From: Trichoplax sp. H2
Taxonomy: Eukaryota
Assembly (NCBI GenBank): GCA_003344405.1
Contig: NOWV01000120.1
Location: 62,001 to 126,000, forward strand
Reading direction: 5' to 3'
Length of the DNA stretch: 64,000 nucleotides
The notes beneath the pieces were generated by a model, which saw only the letters and a program-made list of their open reading frames with translations, had not been told where the DNA came from and searched no databases. A program made the position numbers and the translations under genes. This document shows positions 53,838-64,000 of the stretch, one piece after another (positions within the stretch are counted from its first letter, which is position 1; each line of letters starts with the position of its first letter).

Positions 53838-56625
53838 ATGGCTTCCTTCGTTAAGTTATGGTGCTCAAAACATAGACTTATTGATGATTTAATCGACGCA
53901 ACAAGGTAAGTGCTAACGTATTCAAACATAGAAAGTGTAGTTAAAATGAAAACCACATTCAGTTCTTCTTTGATTATAATTATTATCGATCGATCTTTTA
54001 AAGTAAAACTACACCACATTAAATCTTCATGGAAAGGATGATAGTAATTCAATGAATATAGTAGTCGAGACTTCATTTATTACTCTTTGCTTGTACGTGT
54101 AATTTTAGAGAAGCCGAGAAGTATCGAGATACAGAATATCGTGCTGTCGTCGTAATACAGAGTTGGTATCGAGGTGTCAGAGTCAAGGCGTTAATAAAGT
54201 AATAAGAATATGTCGTTTGTAATCCTATAATCACTTTTATCAACAATTTTTTTACCATCGCTTGATACCCATTCATATCGTGTCTGTACAGCGATGGAGT
54301 TATTTGTTAAATGATCGTTATATTATAAGGTAAACTTTTATTATTAATCATTGATCATCCTCACTGACATTTTACCTTATTGTATATTATAGACACTTGC
54401 ATCAAGCGGCATCGATCATACAGAGGTGCTTTCGGGCCTTTCGAGCTAGGAAAACTTACAGGATAAAATTAAAGGTTACTATTTTGTTGCATACTCTTTG
54501 AGATTAGTACATCCATCATAGCTTATCACCTGTAGAATAAACTAATTTTTATTTAAAAAATTAAAATTGTAGGAAGCTGTGACTAAGATGGAGTGGAAGT
54601 ATTACTATAATATGGCAACAATTGTAAGTAATCTATTGACAAAATGGTGTAATTTTACAATACCTTGTATAGCAATAGCAAGGAAGTTTCATAAGTACAG
54701 TACTTATAGTGGTCTGTATGTACGATAAGAGAATATCGATAAGCTTATATCCATTCAGATCGCTTTATGCTATAAAGAGTATTGCAAAAATTAAATATAA
54801 TTTATAAATTCACTGTATTTTTCGGTATTATAATCAAATATTAATTTCATTATATTTATGTTATATTTTATAGATTCAAAAAACTTGGAGAGGTGCGTTG
54901 AGTTCAAGAAATTGCTCAAATTAAGATATATTTTCCTGTTAAAAGTTACTTTTGCAAAGAATTTAGGATAAATTAGAAACGGAAACTGCCTATAGCATAA
55001 CTACTTACTACAATAAGCTTATTTTTGTCACAACAACTTTTACCTAACTTAGGGTATTGGACTAGAAAATACGAGTTTAATTATTACGCACGTAAGAAAT
55101 ACCTTGAAGGATTAGCTTTAAAGAATGAATTTGTGAGGTAATTTTAAGACTATATTTTTCAGCTTTCTGTACAGTAACTTTTAATATATCTATAATTTAC
55201 GTTTTCATACACGTCTGCGCAGACATAGACTTGAAGAAGTGGGCAGAAAACTTAAGGAAGAAGTAGAACAAAATCAAAAGAATGAAGAGCAAAAGGAGCT
55301 TTATGAGAATGCATCTAGACTGCATTATCTCGTTAGTACTCACCAGGTTTGTGCACTAGTATATGCATGGTAATTTTTCTGTAGAAATATTTGCCATGCC
55401 TTTCATCTAATTTATTTATTTATTTGGTGAATGCATTAATACTTTTAGATACCTGGTGTGTACAATTCTCCTTTCAATAGGTATTGCTATTATAACCCAC
55501 TTATTATAGCATAAGCTGTTCTATTAACTTACAAACGAGTACTATAAGAAATATCATCAAAAATATTAAATCCGTCTTACAATTTACTCATAGATATCCT
55601 AATCAGATGGAAAATCATCTGCGTGAAGTTAAAATGGCCAGTCTAAGAAGCCAGTCATATACACAAAAAAACAACCTGAGTAATGGTGGGAATATCGTTG
55701 TATTGCCACCGTTACAAACAACAAAGCAGCAGGTAGTCTCGTACTAAATATTAATTATCCAATTTTGGTGCGAAATAATATCAATTTAATAAAAATATTA
55801 GGGACCATTTCGATCACCTGAGAACGTAGTCACGCAACGCAATAAGGAAATTAATCTTAGCCTTCGTGCTGAAACTGCTTACACATCTGCTGATGATACA
55901 AGGTAAAAATTAATATCGCTTTTAAAAGTATACGTGGCATTTCCAATAATCATGATAATTTTGCTAAATATGGGTCAATTGATCTTAATTTTTAGACGTT
56001 ATATGAAGCAACTTGAAAAAAGAATGCGAATACAAGATAAACCGTAAGTTTAAAATGATTAGACTTTGACAGTTTTCTCAGTAGTCAGTTATAAAATGTT
56101 TATTTAACTGCTAAGAAACTTTCGCTAGTTCACAGAAAATAAGTAGAAAAAAATTCGATGCTCTTATTAACTCAGATTTCATTGTTTTACAGATTTCAAC
56201 CATTTTCTCATAGAACTATACCCTATGAGCCTACATTACATGGTTCGACATCATACGGAAGGTGAATGCCATTGTCCATATTATAATATGTAAATAGAAT
56301 GTGTTCTAATCAAGTTACTGTTAATCAATTTTCCAGGATTGCATACGGAACCGATCATTTTAGGGAAACTGACCACGATCTCGATAAGCATGATAAGGTA
56401 TTAGATGCAGCCTTAACATCTTTAATTTGTCGTAATCATTTTAAGTAATTTACTTTTTTACCATGATAATCACATGAATTATAAATGTTATAAAATAAGA
56501 CATAGTGATTGTTTATTAAATGCCTAAGTTAACAAATTTTCCTTTAATATAAAATGGGTATTTAGCCGTTTCAATCAGTTACTGGTAAAATTGAAATATT
56601 CGATAAGATTGGAAAAACCTACTAA
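53838..56625 (+). CDS. SPATA17: SPATA17, an IQ-motif ciliary/flagellar protein, 14 exons, ~342 aa
   Basis: Exons 53838-53905, 54109-54198, 54393-54474, 54573-54623, 54874-54892, 55053-55137, 55223-55346, 55449-55480, 55594-55732, 55802-55902, 55996-56043, 56193-56261, 56337-56397, 56566-56625 (1029 nt, phase-consistent). Three IQ motifs (IQSWYRG, IQRCFRA, IQKTWRG) plus family signature LHYLVSTHQIPGVYNSPF and QGPFR. Confidence 0.9.
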
Positions 56626-57621
56626 AGCTTGCTACCAGTCATTGGTCTGCAATATTGACCTCAACTTGACGCTTTGGCATCTCTGGAGAAGAAAAATGAC
56701 GAATATTGATGACTCTATAACTCTACGGCCTACTGTATTTAATCCTGTAATTTATGATTGGTACTGTATATATAGGGATGTGTATACTGTTACGTGAAAG
56801 GCTTGACTAATTTCACTTTGATGCAGTAAAGACGCTTTCTGTTCAGAAACTTTTATGAAAATAATTATAACTATGTAAATGTATTATTGCTGGTACCTGT
56901 ACGCGTATGCTTAAGATTCTAATTATACAGCATCCGCGATGTTGCAACCGTCTATTACGTTACTAATATCGATAAACAATGACAAATAAAATGCGTTGTG
57001 TAATAAAAAGCTCTATTCGTGTAAATCGCACTTGCTAATATCCTATCTTAGTACGTCATCAAGCATGCAATTCTTCGAACTACTGATGCTAAAAGTATTA
57101 CCATAAAATACACAGAGTGTAGTAGATTCTTGCCAATAGATTGTGTAAATTCTTTGATTGATATGAAATAGAATCAAGTTATCAGTTCGTCATTTCACTT
57201 CAATTTGAAGCACACCATCAGGATTCATTTGATACTATCATAATATTGGTGATGAACGTTTAACTGCATCAACTTACAGCATCTGCATATTGTATCATTT
57301 ATTCGTTAGAGAAAATCACAGAAAGATTCTACAATTAAGGTACAAAGGCAGTAAAATTATGGGCACTTCAAGCTTGTATAATTGTTAACAAATTAAGCAC
57401 ACCCGGCAAATGCATGGTGATCTGGAATAACGTACAATAGTATGATAGCGGAGAATGGCTGGTTTCGTTCTCCGACAATTTTTTAATCAGCGTACAGAGT
57501 CATACTATGATATTGCCATCACTATTACTGACATTGTTTAGCAAACAGTTGTAAAACGTTACGAAATAGGAATATTGAGATTACTGTACATATAACAGTG
57601 AAGCAGTCAAATAGATGATAT

Positions 57622-58978
57622 TTATTCATTTTCCGCTTTTAGAGCACGTTCCTTCGCCTTTTGACCAACATCTAGTCCAACGACTAGAGGAATACCAAGG
57701 ATGCATACGCTAAAGAAAGCGAAGACTCCAACTATACCACCTAAACCCTGAAAAGAAGAATTTTTATTGAACAGTCAATAAATATCAAGATGTGGAACTA
57801 TCACTAACCGCCACTAAACAAATGAGCTAAAGGTAGTAGTCATGATTTTAAAACAAAATCCGTCGACAAATGTACGCGCACACGGCGATAAAGGATCTAC
57901 TCGCATTCAATAGCTCGCTATTATTATATAATTACTAACTGCTATACTCGTTTAAGACATATACACTAATGAGCAATTATTATTTAATTATTTACTTGAG
58001 TTAAGACTAAATTGAGGAATTGCTTTGTAGTACTGTCCATTGAAAGCAGAATACCATAAAAGCAACAACCTTGAACAGTTACCTACTATACCATTGAATC
58101 AATTCGTGCAGTATAGTACTATCGTGACTTAATGTACAGCGAGATGAGAAAACTCTATTTGTCTTCTAATTAAAATAGTGTGTAGTGGTTAGAAATATAG
58201 AATAAGCGTAATTTCCGTATTTCTACTTTCCCCTATCATGCACGTCGATTATATTAATCATCAGCTGATGGGATAAAGTGTAATAATGGTTCATGGTTAA
58301 CTATAAACAAGAGACATTCTTACAGCCCTATCAGACACTATGCCGCCAATTTCACTATAATTAGATAAAAAGTAATATCATGACTTTTTCCTAGACTAAA
58401 TAAGTTAACTGGATCAACTATAATCTATTTACAGAACTAATCAACATTATTATTTACGCCCTTTATTCCGTTCTATGCTATCGTATCTGAAATTTCATTT
58501 AGCCACTGCTTTCACGCGACAATGCGGTATCGTATAATAAGTGCAATAGTCATCTATAAGCAATACGGCTGGCCATGCAAAGACGTGCAATGTATTTTCT
58601 ATGGTTGTACAGAATGAAGACGACTTGATGTGGAAAGACAACCGAGAGAAAAGGACTCGCTCATGTTTCTCCGTAGGACTAGTTACTGTATTCAAAGTTT
58701 TGACTTTAAATTGTCTGGAAGCAAGTATGATTCTGATGATAAGCTCCGTCCAACTTTTTTGACGGTTTGCAACGTTTATCAAGACAACAGCCAGCAAGGG
58801 TTGATGGAAATCGCTTTGTACTCACAAGATCTCTTTTAGCACCGGCGCCTTCCGAGCTGCTATAACGTACTAAAGAATTTCTTTTTGTTAGGATAGCTTG
58901 TTTAGTTTGTCCAGATAAAAGACCCTGGCTAAATCGGCGAGAAGCCAATGCACGAAACGCAGAAAAACCAGATGCCAT
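57622..58978 (-). CDS. Small mitochondrial single-pass membrane protein, 92 aa, 2 exons; COX8-like (tentative)
   Basis: Exons 58826-58978 and 57622-57747, phase 0, with donor GTGAGT and acceptor TTTTCAG. Arg/Ser-rich, acid-free presequence MASGFSAFRALASRRFSQ..., then one TM segment GLGGIVGVFAFFSVCILGIPLVVGL and a short charged tail. Confidence 0.75.
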
Positions 58979-59049
58979 TTTTTTCAACCTTGAAAACGAA
59001 GTATCTGATGCTACGCATGCGTCGTCGATTCCAGGAGTGCCGTACGTGA

Positions 59050-59920
59050 GCTACTGTAGTAGTGAGTCGCGTTTGTACAGTACAATGTACAGTACAGTAC
59101 AGTTTGTCCCAGTTCACTACTGTGTGTACTGTACTGTACACTGTACTGAGTGGACAGTACAGTATGAACGAAACCAGATAATTTACAGCATTCAATTAAT
59201 TTTACCCTGTACTGTACTGTAGACTGGAAGATTGAATAGGGTAAACTATTCAATCCACCCTTGTCATATCAAAACAGATACTGTACTTTACTGCATTGGA
59301 TCCATTTTGCAGTGTATAGAATTGAACGCTGCTAAAGTATTCAATTCATCCTGGTAATATCAAATCTACAATGATATTGTCTCCATCCTACCGAGTGTAC
59401 ACTACAGTGTACACATTAGTGACAGTAGTGACAGTACCAATACCAGGTTCTAGGGCGTGAGTGTACAGTACAGTGTACAGTACAGAATGTACACTCAGTA
59501 CTGTACACTGTACGGCGTCGTTGATTTCGCTTTCGAGGAAGCACAGTACTAAAACTAACCTGCAAATACAGTCGTTTATACGGACTTCGAACACAATCGA
59601 CATCACTATCATGCAGCCGCGTGCTGATACAGTAGTAACATTACTGTTGATTTCTCTGAAACGAAAAGGATCGCGCTCAGCGTCGTTTATTTCGCTTTCG
59701 AGAAAGCACAGTACTAAAACTAACGTGCAAATGCAGTCGTTTATACGGACATCCAGCATAATGGACACCACTTTCATGCAGGCGCGTGTTGATACAGTAG
59801 TACCGTGTACAGTGTACAGTACAATATCACGCTACAGTACTGTATTGTACTGTAGATACTGTAGAAATGTGCTATACTGTACAGTACACTAGTGTACAGT
59901 GTACAGTACTTACTGTACAA
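59050..59920. repeat. CAGTA/TACTG island 6, upstream of the small mitochondrial gene
   Basis: Tracts at about 59050-59225, 59395-59512 and 59795-59920. Confidence 0.85.
59515..59802 (+). repeat. Two-copy direct repeat of ~123 bp (59515-59638, 59680-59802; period 165) inside island 6
   Basis: 'gcgtcgtt.atttcgctttcgag.aagcacagtactaaaactaac.tgcaaat.cagtcgtttatacggac...tcatgcag.cgcgtg.tgatacagtagta' occurs twice. Confidence 0.9.
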
Positions 59921-60790
59921 CACTCGGCCCAAACACCGCTGAGTCACTACCATATTGTATGAAGTCTAATGAAGGACAAATGAAGACCTTTTAGTTGATG
60001 GCCTAAATTTGTTTCGCCATCACATTTGCTTATGTGGCTTTGCTTAGGCATCATTCATTCGAGAATAGGATAATATCGGATTGACATCAATCATTGTCAT
60101 ATGAAGGGAATCATATTCCAGTTTACATTTGTCCCTCATTAATTATTATTGATTGAATAAAATTCTCTTCGACGAGCATTCACGATACCTCCAGTTGAAA
60201 GTTGAATATCATTCACGAGAACGATTTATCGCTGCTGCTCTAGCCTATACTGTCCAAACGAAACTCTGTCCTAATTGATGTTGCTACGTGTTGCATGTTG
60301 ATACAGTATAGAAAGATCGTTTTTGGGGACGATTATTTGTATATTTGGTTTTTAATCTTGTTTTAGTTATACAATAATTGTATAATAGAATTCTCGTTGG
60401 ACTAGTTAATACGTCGATACACAGGATGAATATAATGGTAGTAAACTTCCATTCATATTCTTAATCAGGATTTAAACTAAGGAAATTATTACAAACGTAT
60501 TGCCCATAATGAAAATATTATATCAAAAGTATATTAATAAACTATGCAACATAAAGGTTACACTAGGATATCAGCAGTCAACTTTGTATCAATTAAGAGA
60601 TGTACTGTACGTATAGCATAATGTCCACGTTATAATATAATAGATAAGATTACAAGGCTAATAGTATCTTGCTAATAGTAGACCTTTACACATTTAAATG
60701 ATAGTATTATCTAGACGTAAAATTTCACTTAAATGGTATACCATTATCCAATCCACTTCTGATAAGAAGCTGTTATTTCTAAGTAGATAT

Positions 60791-63700
60791 CTAGAATGGT
60801 TCATTAGCGTAGCAAAGACCCTCGATCAGAGCAAGGTTAACTTAAAAAATTCTTAACGCTGTACAATCATATTGATACTTAAAACTAGAGTCTTATATGC
60901 GTATACCTTATTAAATTCTTAGCATTTTATATGACTTACCGTTTCCGCAGGAAAGCCACTTATTGCAATGATGACCTATATTCAAGACAGAATAGAGTAA
61001 GTAAGAAAGATATTTAACCCTGGCGATTTGTACATCATTACGTTAAGTAAATTTATTATCACGCAAAACGCAGAAACTTGAGTTCTAAAATTGATTTTTA
61101 TCTAATTGCATCTATACTAAAGTATGACAAAATTGATTATGATTGAAATTAAGTCTTATCTATAAGGTTACGAAGGCGTATTGCAATAACTGATCTACTT
61201 CTTTTATTGATGAATACAATACCTCTATCAAAAATTTTTTCCAATGTGGTCTTGTGGCTACCTATAGCATATTTAGAGTATTCTCCTTTTTCATAATAAC
61301 AAACTTTAAGCAGTAGTATAGAATCAGCATTCGCATTGATGGCACCTTTAAACTGTGAAAATGAAAGAAATTAAAATAAAGCTCATGACCATGACTGGAT
61401 ATTGGATAGTGTAGTCTATCAACCAAATAGAATTAAAAGATGTGAAATAAGCTGTATAGTTTTGCTACTTGTATTTCAAATAAAGTAACCAAAATGCTAA
61501 CGATAAAACAATGCTGACATTCCACGTAAATTTAAGAGAGTAGATGAAGTTGATAGGATTGATTACGTAGGTATTAGAATAAAATAGGTTAGTTTTAGAG
61601 GGCGAACCCAGTCTTTTCAAATATCAAGTCAACATGATATATGGGCCGATCAACGACCAAGATATAAAGTCATCAAAAATAAGATATTATTAATGAAGAT
61701 GATTGTGTTTTTTTCGAAATAAGTATTGTAATATTCCTTGTTTACTCTTAATTAGCTTAATTCTTGGAACAAAGTTAACCTTATAAAATAAAGACAAATT
61801 ATAAATTGTAGTAGTGAATTTATTATAGCTTTTTTAAAACTAACGTCGGCTTCTTCTCGCCATTGTGGGTTAAAACAGGTAGGTAACTTTTTAGTTTTAT
61901 ATTCATATGATTTCTTATTAACCAGTAGTCGCCTATGCCTGGAACTAATAGTAGATATAGGTAAAAAAAATTGCTTAGAATTTTTTAAGGCAAACTTACA
62001 ATATAAATAATTGCTAACATAGGACAGTTTAGGTGTATAATACGATTTTATGATAGTTTGCTAGTCGACTTACATGTCCAATTTTGCCTTAATGCAAACT
62101 TTTACATTTTCTATAATTGAAAGTAATATGTAACCAAATTTTAATCTTGCAAAGCATTAGAAAAAATTTTAGTTGCATTGGTAGCAATTACTTAATAAGG
62201 TGCTTATGAAATTGCCAAAGTTTTATTAATCGATGTTATTAACTATTACAAAGCATATTTACATTTCCAAAGAGTCAGATAAAAAGTAGATTGAACATTG
62301 ATACAGCCATAAATACCGTTTATTTTGCATCCAGTGGCTTGAATAATCGTCAATTTAAAGTTATTATACGGTAATGGATGTGAACCAAGATTTGCCTTAT
62401 CATTATCATCTAGACGGTAGTTATTAATAACATACGCCTTAGCGGTAACTAAAATTGGATTTATATAAATATTTAAACGATAGCTAGATATATAACATAT
62501 ACGTATTCTCTTTACCAATATAAATATCGACATGCGAATCTAAGGCATTAACGGTATGTCGACGATCGGATGGATATGACTGTTGCATATCATCCAGGGT
62601 GTTGGGCTCTCTTAATTTCGGAAATGATTTGCTACTAAGCAGTTTATAATCATTTTTTTCGGCTTTTCCATCCATAGAATTGGCTCTTAGCTCTGTTGTA
62701 ATAGTCCCGTTACCTAAGGAATTTGATAACTTAAGCCATTCATCGTATAAAGCATATAAATTATTTTCTTAGATAAAAAGCATACTTAGCAGGGATCTTG
62801 TTTCACTATTACTCCTTACAATAGCGTTATCCTCAAAAGAATCAAGCATATCCAAATCAGGAATAAAGTCGAAAGTTGATGAATGATCGCTAGGCGTCTC
62901 TGATTGACTATCTAATATCAATTTTATAGGAGATTTCCTAAATTCATCACTTTCTTCATCTTTACTTGAATTCCTAATATAAGTAACACATTAGTTTTAT
63001 ACTAAAATTTTAGTTTCGATATTAGATTTCTGCCTTAAGTGAATCTAGAAATCATTATTATCTGTAGCTCCATTCACAACTATTCGATTAAAACTATCAG
63101 AAAAAGTAAAAGTTTTGATCATATAATTAGTTTATCTTATTTTAAGAGCATAGTAACGAAGCTGACCTAATTTAATTAAACTGGCTTGAAAAAGCTAAAT
63201 GTAGAAAACTATTAAATTTGCAATCTTATTTACAGTTCAATTATTTGCTGCATGCCGATATGCTCTATTTGATAAATTATAAAACGAAGCAGATATGCAA
63301 ATTGTATAGATATAAAAGTGATTCGCAATTATAAGTATTATTTAAGAATGCACTGAATTGAAAAATTAGTCTGGGAGAAGATTACGATTAGGAATTTAAC
63401 ACCGATTTATTATAGGACAAGTACTTCAAATCAACTTGCCGATTTTTCCTAATTTGAGACTGTGGATATTTGATTTCGCTATCTATTGCAAGAAGGGCTG
63501 AGGAGGAATTTCGTGTTGGTTGCAATTTTGAATCATTCGCAAACTCTTTACTGTCCTGTATACAGTACACGAAGTGATGTGAATTAGCGAAGGCATAAAC
63601 ATTGTTAATAAGTAGCGGTCATGGTATCATATATAATCGCACGTAATTTGAATCCAGAGCTTGAAAGGTCAATAGAATTTGGCCGTTCTTGCTGTGATTT

Positions 63701-63966
63701 AGCTGATACCATTTGCCTGCAATCTATTCAAAAGAATTATTAACTTGAGATTGCAAGTACTGGTATTTAGTGTATATCTTTCAAAGTCCTCAATAATATT
63801 CCCGTTATTGAGCAAGAAATTGATCTTTTAGTTGTTTTATGTACAAAATAGGAGCACGTAATGTACGCAGAAAAATTTGGGCCACCTTCACTTGCTTCAT
63901 AATATCTTCAAAATTGAATTTTATTGATCCAGCCACAGTTTTAAGTAATCCTTTCTCGATAACACT
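60791..63966 (-). CDS. 3' part of a multi-C2-domain protein (C2, long polar linker, C-terminal C2; extended-synaptotagmin-like layout); 5' end lies outside the window
   Basis: Phase-consistent exons 63886-63966, 63643-63723, 63425-63555, 62786-62973, 62516-62713, 62317-62448, 62074-62110, 61845-61932, 61223-61352, 60940-60975, 60791-60840. C2 hallmarks KWYQLNHSKNGQILLTF, FKLTIIQATG, YKTKKLPTCFNPQWREEADF, LLLKVCYY...IGS. Confidence 0.7.
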
Positions 63967-64000
63967 CTAACAAATATGAGAATATAATTTTAAAATAGAT

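Overview
AT-rich, gene-dense, intron-rich animal genomic DNA with short GT-AG introns and one 20-N scaffold gap. The gene set and compact architecture suggest an early-branching metazoan, most plausibly a placozoan such as Trichoplax; this is inference. I rebuilt spliced gene models by hand and checked that exon phases are consistent. In order: a 5' fragment of an unknown gene (-), PRAS40/AKT1S1-like (-), a Shaw/Kv3 K+ channel (-), PHRF1/SCAF11-like RING-PHD-SRI (-), an orphan 228-aa gene (+), MED29/intersex (-), CEPT1/CHPT1 (+), FoxN2/3 (-), an MKP-type DUSP (-), SPATA17 (+), a small mitochondrial single-TM COX8-like protein (-), and the 3' part of a multi-C2-domain gene (-). The most striking non-coding feature is a set of (CAGTA/TACTG/GTAC)-rich islands immediately upstream of nearly every gene start, but not of Kv3 or FoxN2/3. 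Several islands host duplicated or inverted elements: a TA-flanked MITE-like hairpin, a 661-bp foldback between the divergent MED29 and CEPT1 genes, and two tandem duplications. No rRNA, tRNA or CRISPR array was supportable. Family assignments rest on recalled motifs, not database searches.
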